DNA of 64,000 bases, taken from the NCBI GenBank assembly GCA_047495785.1, contig JBLDXI010000019.1, positions 992,001 to 1,056,000 of the forward strand. Reading direction: 5' to 3'. Shown here one piece after another: positions 12,001-24,464 of this stretch. The stretch's first letter is position 1, and each line of letters begins with the position of its first letter. The notes beneath the pieces were generated by a model that had not been told where the DNA came from, searched no databases, and was given only the letters and a program-made list of their open reading frames with translations. The DNA comes from Lepidodermella squamata. Its lineage: Eukaryota; Animalia; Gastrotricha. Position numbers and translations under genes: made by a program.

Positions 12001-12961
12001 TTCTGATGATCGAATAGACTGTGTTTTACAACAAATCGCATCAAATCGAACAAGCGCTTGGGTGCATGGAGGCGAGCAAGTTGCAGGCAACTCAAGGCAG
12101 CCGCTGTGGCCTCGGAACGACGTCCACCATCTAAGTGGGACTCCGCAAGGAGACTATAAGAATGACTAGGTAAATTATACAACTTGAAGCTGGGAAATTT
12201 TTACATGATCAGCTGACACCTCCAGTCGTAGTCTCGATCGTCGATTAAATCGAGCGTTCGGGTTATTTCACTCAGACTACGAGATAGAAATCGTCGATAG
12301 CCAGGTCGCATCAACGGCCGAGCCAGTGACCAGTAGCAAAGTGAGCAGTTGTAAATGATGAAGTAATATCTGAAACCAAGTTACGATGAGTATAAATATA
12401 ATGCTGTTAGAAATTCATACTTGGGATTAGTTTTTGCTATTGAAGTGGCCTTCAACAGGTAGGCAGCTGCTTCTTCAAATTTCATCTATATTCGTATTTA
12501 CGTACACATAAAGGAGCACAAATTTCGATGTAAATAATTACTGGATTGGTTCTATCAGTCGGCGCAATCAGCTTAGCTTGGCAAATATAGGCGCGGCAAA
12601 CAAACTGGTTCATTTGAATCGTCCGCGAAAAAAACAGCTGAAGACATTTAGAGGCCAAGTCATTTCTGTTAACCTGCATAAAATGGAAATGTTAGTATCA
12701 AATATTAAATTTAACAAGTAAAATAGCAAACAGTTAGTGCAGCTTCGCAGCAAAGTATATAGATGTCGGAGCTAACAGTGTTAGGACTGTTTGAAAGGTC
12801 TTTGTTTGACAGACGTTCAATTATGTCGAAGCAGCTCTGAACTCGATCTTTGCCTTCTGTAAAAGAAAAATAATATTATCTCAACATACATAGATAAATA
12901 ACCCACCTTCAGATGTATCACTGAGTACCTCCTGTAGGAGGCCTCTTAATTGCATCTCCAT
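1..12961 (-). CDS. CFAP46: Cilia- and flagella-associated protein 46 (TTC40); multi-exon, 3' end runs off the window
   Basis: Spliced N-terminus MEMQLRGLLQ...SDIYILCCEAAL|...QFVCRAYICQAKL...|YYFIIYNCSLCYW resembles CFAP46 (PDLFVLCAEQAL, QFLGRAHLCRAQ, YYFLVYNASVLYW, from memory). ORFs 9449-10816, 7697-8578, 4474-5208, 3611-4021, 733-1950 and 248-613 join through phase-compatible GT-AG introns. The last visible donor is near 281 and an acceptor lies at 5-6. Confidence 0.88.
2087..2280 (-). ncRNA. U2: U2 spliceosomal snRNA, inside CFAP46 intron 2018-3138
   Basis: Minus strand begins ATCGCTTCTCGGCCTTTTTGGCTATGATCAAAGTGTAGTATCTGTTCTT, with branch-point recognition sequence GTAGTA. Sm site TATTTTTGG at 2180-2172. 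Stem-loop IV ATTGCAGTACCTCCGGG near the 3' end. About 194 nt. Confidence 0.97.
2345..2378 (-). promoter_or_regulatory. Candidate U2 upstream elements: GC box and octamer-like motif
   Basis: GGGGCGGAGC (2378-2369) and ATGCAGAT (2352-2345, one mismatch to the octamer ATGCAAAT) lie 65-100 nt upstream of U2 +1. Confidence 0.35.
2737..2810 (-). tRNA. tRNA-Met(CAT), elongator type
   Basis: GCCTCCTTGGCTCAGTTGGCTAGAGCGCCAGTCTCATAATCTGGAGGTCGTGAGTTCGATCCTCACAGGGGGCA folds into a full cloverleaf with CAT anticodon, G1:C72 pair, TTCGA T-loop and a downstream TTTT terminator. Confidence 0.97.
4196..4381. mobile_element. MITE-like foldback element in a CFAP46 intron
   Basis: Imperfect inverted arms of about 65 bp: AATATCGAGGGGTGGGCGACAGAACGACTTGCATAGAATAGAAAAAAATGGCG versus the reverse complement of the right arm, AATATCGCGAGCTGGGCAACAGAACGACTTGTCTAGAATAGAAACAGATGGCG. 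Non-coding centre. Confidence 0.6.
8972..8997. repeat. Perfect 26-bp palindrome
   Basis: GAAATTCTGTACGCGTACAGAATTTC is its own reverse complement; intronic. Confidence 0.85.
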
Positions 12962-13213
12962 GATCGCAGAGTTCTTCTATTTCATACTAAACTCTACGAG
13001 TAATGCGACAAAGCGAGCGAATTAGCGTCAAAATGCACATCGTGTTACACAAATATCAGTCGTTAATGTAGTTCAATTTTTTGTTGAATGATCCAATAGC
13101 GTTTATGAACTCAGTCTAACATGCTCCTTGATTCTATATTGATTGATGGTGCCAATTCGAGGCGTGACCCCAAGCCGGCTCCGTTGGGTCACAATCACAA
13201 GTTTTAAAGAAGC

Positions 13214-13227
13214 GTTTCCAAGGAAAT
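13214..13227. promoter_or_regulatory. RFX X-box-like site upstream of CFAP46
   Basis: GTTTCCAAGGAAAT resembles GTNNCC-NN-RGNAAC; about 250 bp upstream of the ATG of a ciliary gene. Confidence 0.45.
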
Positions 13228-13661
13228 ATACATATGCTAATATTAATTTATTCTATAATTAATTTGAAAAATCATTAATAAATAATTATGAATAAAGAAA
13301 TGTGACAACCAAATAGTTGGGGATTTGTATGCGATATTTTCTTGCTTCATCGCGAGAACGGCGCCCACACCAGGCACGCGACTAAAGCAATTAATGTTTT
13401 TTGTTGCGTGATATGTTCCCATTGACCCTATGCCCTGATAGTAATTGCGCTGGTCTAGTTTTCGTATATTGCCGATTCATAAATTTGCTGCCAGCAAAAA
13501 CCATATTTTCAATGCTCGAGCTACTAACTTTGAACTTCGACATTTAATTTTAGCGTCTTTCACAACTTTTTTTTTTATTATTTGTCTAGGATTGGCTAGT
13601 CACTTGGCTGTCATCCAAATTAGGGAAGGCGCTAGCTTCCTGTAAAGGTTCTTCTGGATAA

Positions 13662-14925
13662 ATGGAATTTTTGACGGTCCAGCAGCTTGACAAGCTCAAG
13701 CAGCACAAGTACAGCGCCGAAGGGCGTAGTCTATTGGAAACTTACGTATTTCAGCCATTTTGGGAGCGGTTGCTGAAATATATTCCTTTGAGCTGGGTAA
13801 TTTTAATGCTAGCTTCCTTTTTGACTTGAATTAAACATGAATCTTTAGGCACCTAATGCTCTTACCCTGGGTGGATTGACAGCAAACGCCATTGCATGTG
13901 TTATTCTGGTTCTAGTTAGTCCTGGGGCTGACAGAGAGTACGTCCATCCTTTGCTGATGGTTTTCGCTGCCTTGTGCTTGTTTTCTTATCAATGTCTTGA
14001 TGCGCTTGACGGCAAGCAAGCCAGACGAACTGGAAGTGCCAACTCGCTCGGAGAACTCTTCGACCACGGCTGTGACGCTGTATCGACTGGTTTAGTCTCT
14101 TTATCTGTCTCTGTTGCATTGCGACTCGGAACACATCCAAGTTCCCTCTTTCTATTCGGAATCAGCTCTCCTTTGCTGTATTATTGTTTTCACTGGAGGG
14201 CGTACTGTTCCGGTAAACTCACGTTCGGATATGTTGATGTTACGGAGGCACAATGGCTTTCCATTTCAATTTTCATAACCACCGGGTTGTGCGGAACTGA
14301 ATTCTGGGGCCAAGAGATGTTTGGCGTGCAGTTGAAAATTCTACTTCTTTTGGCCTATTTTACTTTCTCGTTCTTTTTCCTGGCTAATATATTGTATCAC
14401 ATTATTGTCGTCGGAGGCTGTGGCAGAAATTTTACAACTGTCGCGAACTCTAGCGTGCTGTCACCTTTCCCTCCCTTATTTTTTGTTTTGTTCCTCGTGT
14501 ACCGTTGTCACTCTGGCTCTTATGAACATCTTTTTGAGCGGTTTCCACTCATGTTTCTGGCTTGTTATATGATTGTTGTCGCCAAGCTGTCATGCCGTCT
14601 CATTGTAGCTATGATGACCAAATCTAACATTGTTAAATTTGACTCTTCAATGCTAGCCCTCTTGCTCATTCTCGCCTCCGAATATGTATCCACAACGCTA
14701 CTTCCCGAAAGCACTGGATTATTTTTAGCGTTTATCTACGCCCTAGTCGATTTTTTCAAATATTCAACCTCAGTATGTCGCCAAATCGCCGATTTTCTTG
14801 GTGTATATTGCTTGAGTCTTGAAAAGCCACCTGCGCCTTTAGCTTCCACTGCGAGCAATAACAATAGCCCGAACTCTCCACCGCAAATAACGCAACGCAC
14901 TCTGCGAAGTAATGCGAAGAACTAA
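13662..14925 (+). CDS. CEPT1: Choline/ethanolamine phosphotransferase (CEPT1/CHPT1 family); intron 13797-13849
   Basis: N-terminus LKQHKYSAEGRSLLE...W|APNALT, CDP-alcohol phosphotransferase motif DALDGKQARRTGSANSLGELFDHGCD, and many transmembrane segments. Confidence 0.92.
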
Positions 14926-15772
14926 TTTCGATTTCTTAAAGTTATCAATTATTGTACGATTACTGGTACTCGTTAATGTTATATTAAAGTCATGTTAACA
15001 CTGGGCGAATCCGTTACTAGCAGGGTTTATCATTGCCGGATATTATAAATGCACTATGGTCAGCCAAACATTGTTAAATATATTTTTCAGCGGCAAATTT
15101 TGTTAGAGATTTTCACCCTTCAGTTTATGATAAAGATTAGTTAATTTCTCCAAGACGATCATTCGTTGTGCAAGATGGATGAGTGAGCTTCGATTGTTTA
15201 TTATGTGTATGATAATTTTGAGTAAACTTACGTTCTTATTTTGTGTACCTATTATGCGTACATGTCTCTCCTACTGTTTCGGTTTTTCGAATAGAATATC
15301 AACTACTATAGGCTATTGCCAGTTGAAACGACTCGTTTCGCGATTTTTTCTAACGATGTAAAACGTTTCTGTTTTACGCCAATTATTATTGATTTCGCGC
15401 TTGCTATGCTGGTGATCTGATTTTCTTTCTCTACCTGTCCAACAAGAAAAACACAAAACTGAGCGGGATGCAGCTCAGTGGTTAACGAAACATATGTATG
15501 TATTCGCTGGAATGTTGCACTTCTTGCTGAGATCGCAATACTATTGAATCCTGGTGTGTTTGCCGACTCCATGCCGTTGCGCTAATAATGTTATATGTGA
15601 ATTATTGATCGAAGATGACCACCCTGCTTTTTTTTAAGAGAACAGTTTCCGTGCGCGACCGGTTTGTCGCGACCGATGATAACTTGAGTGTTGTAATTTA
15701 CTGATAAAATAAACGTCGTTTTATTTTACCTTCTCTCAAATCTGGCTTTTTCGAATAGTTACATTTTCAATC

Positions 15773-17847
15773 ATGACTGAGTCGGAAAATTGGCTTTTCG
15801 AACCTTCAGATCTGAAGTCGGGCGAATGCTATGCCGTAATGCCTCCGCTCGAGTCTTTCAATGATATTAAAGAGCGGTACCTGGAAGGCCGATTCATGGA
15901 CGATATTAAGGTGGGCGACATCGTTTGTGGCCAGGCTCGAACTTCGCGTTCGTCTGGCTTTCCAATCGATGTGCTCTGTACAAGCTACGGACCTGTCAGA
16001 GATCTTACTAGATGTAGAATCAAGGTATGATATTTACTCAGAAAAATCACTATCAATCGCACAGCGCGATCTTAAGGGCTTCATATCCTTCAAATCAATG
16101 CCGGCTCTCACTTCGAAAGCTCTTGAAAAAGGAGATTACGTTAGAGGTTTGTGTCAAGACATTACACCGTGTCCTAGATTCTGACTTGAGTGATATTTCA
16201 GCCGTCGTAACCGAAGTCGATCTACGCCACGCCGAGCTCGCTTTATCGATGATGCCTAACGCGATGCCCAAGAGACTATCATCATCTGACATCAATTTGG
16301 TGTGTTTTTTCATCACGCAGACGCACATGTGTTTTGCTTAAGATACGTCTTTTTGTGCCCACTAACTCTCGGCTTACGTCACATCTCAAGGGAATCATCG
16401 ATAAGGACGATTTGCCGTTGTATTACAGGTTGGTGGCACAATTTTATTCGTTTTTTTGCCTCATGACTGACAGGATGAATTAAATTGAAAAAATGGGTAA
16501 TTTTAAGGTGGAATTTTTTATTTTTTAAAGAAAAATTGTCAAAAGCCCGCCTTTCGAGTCTGGTCAAGCGTATGAGAGCCTTCTGGAAAGTGCCGTCGGC
16601 TTCACGAATCCCTCTTGTGTTAGCACACTGCTGAAAATTCTGGGCATTGAAGATGTAGCCTGCAAAAGCGAAATTCCGTCAATAAGTCGTTTAGACATTC
16701 CCGCTGACGAGTATGCACTGAATCTACGCCAAAAACAAAGCCGCCAGCATGCTCATCAGTGGTAAGCTTTGAGTAGTTGTTGGTTAGTGTTGGATTCCAT
16801 ATCATTTAATTATGCAGTGTTGAGTTGGGCATCCGCTATGCGAAACGGGGCGAATTAGCTGCTGCTGTTCGCCAGTTCAATCGAGCGCTAGATTTAGATC
16901 GCGACAACGTTGAAGCCCTCGTGGCTCGAGGCGCTTTATATGCAAATCGGGAAGATTTTAAGAAGGCGATTGAAAATTTCGAAAAGGCCATCAGTATTGA
17001 TGCGAAGAATTCAGAGGCTCGCACTTACTTGTACGAATCGCTTGTTGGCCAGGCGCTGTCTTTCGCTAAAGAACGATGCTACGAATCGGCCAGGCGATGC
17101 CTCCTTAAAGCCGGCGATGTTGATCCTGAAAAGCGGCCCGAACTGGAGAAAATGGCCACTAAATTTGTGGTAAGGCCAATTTACTTGAAATACCAGTTTG
17201 ATAGAAAAAATTCAAAATTTTAATGGTAAATTTTTGATCGATGATATGATTTTTTTCCCCAGTCACCTTCAATTCTGATTGCTTCATCGTCAAGCCCAGC
17301 TAGAGGTGATTGCCCCGATCCCGATTCGAGGAAATCGTCTAGCGAGAAAATCACACCACCGCCTCGAGCTCGCTCACCTGAGTCGCCGAAGCGAAGTTAT
17401 TCGATGACTAAATTTAAGGAGGCCAAACGAGCGATTTCTCTCTCGTCCGACAGTTCCAGCTTATCTGATTCGTCCGGGCGCAAAAAATCGTCACGGAAAC
17501 ATCGGAAAGACAAGCGGCATCACAGCCGTAGCTCGCGTAAACGGTCGTTAAGTGGCAGCGGCAGTGACGAAAGTCCGAAAATTACGGGCGTTTCTTACAA
17601 GTCTCCGGAAGAAAATCGGCTTAATCGGCAGTTTTCGTCTGCAAGTGCGAAACGTCCGAGAATGGACCCGGCTGTCTTGAAACCATCTCGCCTCCGCCAT
17701 TCCATGTCGTCAATCGATTCGCACATAGGCGGTAAATTTGGCGCATCGGAGCGGGGTGTTGATGCAAGGAGTGGCGAGTCCCTGGAAGATATGGAGCAAT
17801 TTCTTCAGGATTTGAAGCAGAAACGCACGTCGCAGTCGTCGCGTTAA
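15773..17847 (+). CDS. TTC14: Tetratricopeptide repeat protein 14 (S1-like domain, TPRs, Ser/Arg/Lys-rich tail)
   Basis: YAVMPPLESF, GDIVCG, small exon GIIDKDDLPLYYR, GFTNPSCV and TPR segment NVEALVARGALYAN, followed by an S/R/K-rich C-terminus. Exons join through GT-AG introns. Confidence 0.88.
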
Positions 17848-19118
17848 CTTGTTTTTCAAAAAAATTCGAGTGCGCTTTCTTTCGTGATTTTTCTTTCATC
17901 ATCACTTATTAGACGGAAATGACTGAATAAAATATCAAGAAGACATGTAACGTTCCGCAGTGTGTATGTTTTGTACTAATGGCCATCAAATGTCAACGAG
18001 TAATTCAAATCTGACAGAAATCGGCGCCTTTTGAGGATATTTGGCTAAGAAAAGCAGCGCAGCAAATACAACCGCGCCACTCCAATAAAATTTTCTATGC
18101 ATTCCTTAGAACCGATACATAGCCACCTTTGCGAGACTCAAAGACTTGGGCAAACCACCACACACCTGAAAAGGTGTTGCTATCAAGAACTTAATTCTTT
18201 CTGCAGTATCGTGCATTGTGTTGGAAAGCTGGCACGTTGTGGTAGCCTCATGAATGGTTGATCACCGCGAGAGACAAGGAACTGGAAAGTATTCTGAAGT
18301 ATTCTACGATGAACGATGATATAACTTTTTTTAGTCTATTGTCTGCTGATTTTTGTCGAAATTGGAAACTCTCGGCGATATTTCTTTATTTTTTTCAAGA
18401 GGTTCAATAGCACTCATCTTATACAATAGGATGGAGTTAAACTCTCATTTCCTATGAGTTTAAAGTATAAGAAAAATTCAGCGAAATGACGAAATTGATT
18501 GGCAGAATTCTTCGAAAGACGGCAGTTTTCATTAACGGCCAGCCGTGCATTATAGCTCATAGGGGCTTCTATGTGTGTTGGTGGTGAAATTTTCTTCTGC
18601 TGTCAGGTAACTGTCAGGTAATTTTTTGACATTTCAGAATTCGTTCCAGAAGGTATTGTTGTAGAAGCTTCCACTTCACTTCCATGTCGATTGCCTGCGG
18701 CCACATCCGCATGTCGGAAATTAATGTGTCGGAAACTCTGCTTGTCCTAATTATCAGATCATTATGTTGGCTCTGCATTAACACAAAACGCCTCGGAAAC
18801 CGGAAACATTCATTGACTGGAATTGTTTTTTGAAGCACAACACGCAGTACACCTAGATGCTAGATGAACTATGCTAATCAATAACCATGCACGTGTTAGG
18901 AACTCATGTGTTGACCTGAAACAGCCAAAAAGTCCTTTGGAATAAGGCCGACGTATAGCTATAAAAAGACCAACAATATGACTGCAAAGCATCAGATAAA
19001 ATTGATACGCACCTTTTCACCAGTAAATGTCAATTAAAGCGATTTCCTTATTCTTTCTGGCAGCCTTGCCTTTGATTGGTTAGTTTCAATTTTTGCTATA
19101 TAGGGCTATTGTGACTTG

Positions 19119-19664
19119 ATGATTGTTCTGTTTTCAGCTGTCGCCTGGCCTGTAAAGGGGTCATCATCGATTCCACTGCAGCCTGATTTCGACTTCAGCA
19201 AATTTGCCGGTAAATGGTTTGACATTTATAGATCTCCTGGAATGAGTACCTGGGAGAAGGGCACGGATAATAATTTCGCCCTCTCACTGCGCGACAACGG
19301 CAAAATCAACTTCCAGTATTCAGACTGGCGCGACGGCCAATGGTACGTACCAAAGCCATCCTACGCGTGGATACCTGACGTCACCCAGCCAGCCGCGTGG
19401 ATGGTAAAATTCTCGTGGTTCATGCCGGCTGGTGATTTCAGAATCTTGTACACCGACTACACCGATGTAGCTGTCATTTACGGCGAGCAGACAATTTTCG
19501 GCTACCGCATTGGCCGTTACGCTTGGATTTTCGGCCGTAACAATAAGATCAGCCAAGAAGTTGAGGACTACGTCTTTAAAATGCTAAACCAGCGTACGGG
19601 AATGCAGAAAAGCGATCTTGTGAAATCAACGCAAGGCGTTGCTCCGACCGTCCTCGAGGCTTAA
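19119..19664 (+). CDS. Secreted apolipoprotein D-like lipocalin, single coding exon
   Basis: Lipocalin motifs FDFSKFAGKW, ILYTDY and AWIFGR; VKFSWFMP matches ApoD; hydrophobic N-terminus. Confidence 0.88.
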   Translation: MIVLFSAVAWPVKGSSSIPLQPDFDFSKFAGKWFDIYRSPGMSTWEKGTDNNFALSLRDNGKINFQYSDWRDGQWYVPKPSYAWIPDVTQPAAWMVKFSWFMPAGDFRILYTDYTDVAVIYGEQTIFGYRIGRYAWIFGRNNKISQEVEDYVFKMLNQRTGMQKSDLVKSTQGVAPTVLEA

Positions 19665-20087
19665 CTGATTTATAAAAATTTGATTACGCTCAATAAACTA
19701 ATCGGATTTGAACGCTTGTTTTCGATTCTTACTGTTTCGTTTTGTTCTAATAATAAACCATAAAACGCCCTAACTAGCAATTTTCTCTGCTAGATTCCTT
19801 CTTGCCATCAAACTAGCAGCTTTTTCCCGAGCACAAAGTGGTTGGTATTTGGAAAGCATGAAAACAAAGTGCCTGAAATGCAAAAGTTCAGTCATGAACA
19901 CCTCGCGGAGACACTCTGTGTGCAGGTTTTATTAGGATAAGAAATATTGTAAAACTGAATAATCAACGAGGACGTTTTTGGCAAATCAATTAGAGACCAG
20001 ATGGAAAGACGAAATCAAACGATCGATAAAGCACAATAAGTACCATAAGGCAAGCAAATAAAATTAACCAGTTTGTGAAATGTCGAA

Positions 20088-21511
20088 TTAATAACCATAA
20101 TGAGGCAGTGACTTCACGGAGAAATATTCAACAGTTTCAGCAAAAGCTGTTTTGAACATGTGCTCGTTGATTTTGTTGACGATTTGTAAAACAAAGCGAT
20201 GCGGTGCTTGAATTCCGGAATCAGTGCCGTTTCCTGAGTCGTTTTTGTCGACTTTTTTGCCCAGAATTAAACAACCCCGATTACCACCCGGGCAGCTCTC
20301 GGTTCTGTTCGGTTCGGGCGTGATTTCGAGTTCAACCTCACAGCCATGCGCATAGAATTCGTCAGCTGATTCAATAGCTCCGGGCAAGAGAAAAGCTGCC
20401 ATCGCCACAGCGTCGCATATCATGAAATGCTTGACGTTTGTGCGGAAGGGGACCAACATCTTGTGAACAAAGCGGCCGAATTCTGTGTCGCCCTGAGCTG
20501 TCGAGTCGAACCAGTCCCAGTGGCAGTTCGTTGTAGAAACCATGCAAGCATCAAACGGAATCAGAGTGACAGGGCAGTGGCCAACCGCTTCGCGCATGAC
20601 AATATTCGCAGCCTCGGGGTCCTTTAAGAAATTGAATTCAGCGCCAAGACCTAAAAAATAGCAGTTGCGATTATTTCAAATTCCGGTATCGTTTTATAAT
20701 GATTTTTCCGATATCAGCAGTCTATAAAGCTAACACCGAAAATTATTCTACACATCTGATGTACAGGTGGCTAAAATGAGAAACCCCAGGTTTACAAGGT
20801 GCATGATTTTCGATAAAATGAAACTTCAAAAAACGCAAAAATCAAGCGTTGGAACCCACATTTTAATGTACAAATATGTTGAAAGCCTGTTACTCACGTT
20901 TAAATACGGTTCCATAGTCGCCACCCATGATGACAAGACCGGCTAAATGTTGGGGAAAGGTAGGATCCAAACGTATAGCCAGGGCTATGTTTGTGAGTGG
21001 GCCAAGCGCGACGACGTGAAGCTTGCCTGGAAATTTTGAAATTAAACCTGGTTTTACTTATTTTCTACTCGATTTACCTGAGTGTTTTCGCGCTAATTCG
21101 ACCAAGGCAACGGCAGCTGGTTTATCAGGTACCAGGTTCATTTGATCAAACTCTTTACCAGTGGGGGCGTAAGTGCCCAAACCCTTTTCACCATGAATGT
21201 GAACAGCGAGTGGCACTGGATCCTTCTCAAATCCAATGATTGGCTTTAAACTTCCCTTATAGACCGGAATCTTTCGAAATAGAATAAATAGTATGAACAT
21301 TTACATTTTCAATCAACGATAAAATACTCACATCACTCCTTCCGCATTGTTGAAGTATAACCGATAAATTGATGAGGGCGTTGAAAAGGCTAGTGTTGCC
21401 ATCGACAACCGTTATCGCTTCAACCTGGACATTCAGATTTTTGCGCGACAATGCCATCGCAATCGCAATAGCATCGTCTACGCCAGGATCACAGTCGATG
21501 ACAACATGCAT
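20088..21511 (-). CDS. Inosine-uridine preferring nucleoside hydrolase
   Basis: VIDCDPGVDDAIAI (DxDxxxDD), ITVVDGN, IPVYKG, IHGEKGLG, LGPLTNIA, AEFNFLKDPEAA and CDAVAMA; four exons. Confidence 0.92.
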
Positions 21512-21595
21512 TTTTTTAAATAGCCCTATCAAACAAAATCGAGAATTAAGCCTCAACAATTATATTCTTTTTTGCTTTTGAAAAATGCACAAATT

Positions 21596-24464
21596 TCAAG
21601 CAGTGGTCGTTAGAGAGGCCAGTAATTTGGCCTTGCGCTTTTTCTTCGCGTTTTTAAGGCTGTTCCGACCAGGGGTCAGGTCTTCAAACAAAGTTATGCC
21701 CTCCTCCTCTTCCAGGGCTTGAGCTAACATCTGAAGACCCGCTAAATTCACACCAATTTCATCCCTCAACTCTCTCATAGCAGGAATTTGAGCGCTTCGA
21801 ACAGAACCTAGCACATCCATAGCATTTGGAAGACGACCATTGTGTAAACGGAGTAAAAATAACGAAACACGAGCGACTAATTCAGGGTTTTTCGCCAAAA
21901 CTCGCGGCGAATGAAGAACTTTGAGCAAATTCGCGGCGGTCGGCACTGGTAGACGAAGTAAAGCCGATTGTAAATAGGCCGGCTTTACCTTAAAAAGCGT
22001 CTCGCCCACCATTTCCTCCGCTGAAGAGTAGCCAAATGCTTTCACGAGCGGGTCAACTTCCATCCGATTCTCTCCAGCGGCGAGTTGATCCTGTTCTTTC
22101 GACCAAATGTCAACGGCTTCTACGATATCTTCAGCAAATTTAAGAGCGTCGACGGTGGGGACAATTGGTAGCGAAACAGCGGAGTCGACTCCTGGTGGTT
22201 CGACGGGCTGGTTTGCGCTATTAGCTGCAGCTTCAGCAATCGCTTTCTCCTCGGCTTCTTCTCGCTCTTCACTCAACACAAGAATTTCGTCAGTTTTTCG
22301 CCATAGTCGCAGCGAGCCGTCGGTGCCGCCGGAAATCAGCCAGGCTTCATTACTAGTCGAAAATCGCATAGCAGGGCTAGTCGCGAGACAAGTGACGCCC
22401 GGATGATGAGCGGATGAAATCAACTGACCAACGTCTGCGTCCCATCGATTGATTTTTGAATCAGCGCCCGCGCTGAAGAAGTGATGTGTATTCGGAAGGA
22501 AAGAAACAGACGTGATAGCATCATCGTGGGCGAAAATCGATCGATGACAGTCACCGAAATCAAGCCCCCAAATTTTGATATTACGGTCCTTTGACGCAGT
22601 CACAATTAAATTTGAATCACTGGATATCGCAATTGAAGTGCATGGTAATTTATGGCCATACAACGATAAGAAGAACTTCAAAGTGTCTGCGTAGAAAATG
22701 CGAATAGTCGAATCTAGCAGAGAAACGGCGATTAATCTGCCATCGGGGCTGAATTGAGCACAAAGAGGCTCGTCCTCCAATTTCAATACGCGCTCCTGAA
22801 CAACGTCGAGGCTGTTGTTTGATTTAAGCTGCGCTTGTCCGACAATTGGGACATGAACTGTCCAAAATCGAACTGCTTTATCAGCACCGCATGAAACTGC
22901 TGTGCGGTTATCGGGTGAAATCGCTAGGGCAGATACTTGGGCTTCATGGCAAGCCTTTGCAACTTGAACATCGCCGGAGGCCAGATCAACTGTTAAAAGA
23001 GAGCCGTTTTTGTTTCCAATCAAGACATGACGATCGCCAGGTAAAAATAATCCACATAAAGCTTCGGGCACGTGGATAGTTCTAACGCAATTACCGCTGC
23101 GTCGATTCCACATTTTTAAATAATCGGCGCCGACTGACATTATGGCAGAGCTGTCGGAGCTAAATTGAACAGTGCGAATCTCCCCGCGATGGCCCGCTGC
23201 TGACTGAGGTAATTGCCAAGTCGATAACATGGACGGTTCTCCATTTTCAGAGAATGAAACGTTGATAGATTCGATGCAATTGTCAGCGAATGAAGCCACG
23301 ATGCGCAGGGATTCACCTTCAAGCCGAAGAGCGTAGAATGATACAATACGGCTTGACATTTTCAAAGCTCCTGATGGTCTCAATTCATCAGGCAGTTCAG
23401 TCTCGGTTTCCCTGGAAAAAAATCATTGCTAATCTTAGTCAGTGCAATTTACAAGGCTTACGTTTGCAGGACCCTCTTCTTTGCTCGTTTAAGTTGCTTC
23501 TTACGCAATTCCTCCGCGGAGCGAATTCGGTAGAAGAGTAGCGTTTCTTTGCGAGCACATATGAGATATCTGCCCGAGTTATCTACAACCATTCTGCGAG
23601 GAGGACCACGGCCAGGAAGTTCAAGAGCCCCGAGAGGTAGGCACTTCACAGGGCCATATGAGTCTACAGCATCCCATAATTTCTCTTCCTCTTCGTTGGG
23701 TACCATCTGCTGTTTTGTGTCAGGCCCGTCTTTGCTCGACGATGCTTCCAAGCTCCAAACTCGCAGGAATCCATCGGCCCCAACAGTGGCCATTTTGTGA
23801 CCATCGTTGAAAAGAGATATCTTCCAAACCGCGCCAGAATGTTCAACGAGGGTACGGAAGCAATGCTGAGTATCAACGTCCCAGAATTTGACAAACCCGT
23901 CTCGCGAGCTTGAAACAAGAACTTGATCGGCGATGCGAGATGGCAAAAATAACAAGCAGGTTATTTCGCCACGATGGCCACTCAATTTGAATAGGCCGCT
24001 TTCGCCAGCAATATCCCAGACACAAATTTTGGAATCTTTAGATCCCGAAGCTAGCAGTAGCTTCGAGCGAGAATGGGCCAATGCGCTAATTGCTGAGGTA
24101 TGACCTTTGAAAGCCGTTCGGATTTCCCCGGTGTCAAGTTCCAGCAGTGAAACTGTCCCGTCATTTTCACCAAACGCGAGTAAATTGCTTTGGTGTTGAA
24201 ATATTAGTGTTAAACACGTTGCACATTTATTAGGTTCAATTTGAGCCAAACTTCTCTGGAATTGAATGAAGTAACATCACAGTAAAAGTAAGTATTCAAA
24301 ACAGAACAACTTACGCTCAACGCAGATCGCACATTCCATTCTAATATCTGATCACCGCAGCTGACAATACAGTGCGTTTTGTCTTCACAAATTATATCAG
24401 ACTCGGCGATAGAGACTGCACCCCAAGTTTTCTCATGGGCCCACTTCAAATAATCGTGCTTCAT
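21596..24464 (-). CDS. WDR3: WD repeat protein 3 (Utp12/Dip2; small-subunit processome)
   Basis: WD40 repeats with SGLFKLSGHRGEIT, WDVDTQHCFRTLVEH and LKFFLSLYGHKLP...IKIWGLDFGDCHRSIFAHDD, plus a C-terminal Utp12 domain. Confidence 0.95.

Noticed and set aside
13662-14925. Possible selenoprotein I, given SECISBP2 nearby
   Set aside because: The sequence is CEPT1/CHPT1-like, ends in TAA and has no in-frame UGA. No selenoprotein was seen in the window.
18614-18838. Short ORF faintly like a LINE ORF2 linker
   Set aside because: No endonuclease or reverse transcriptase motifs nearby.
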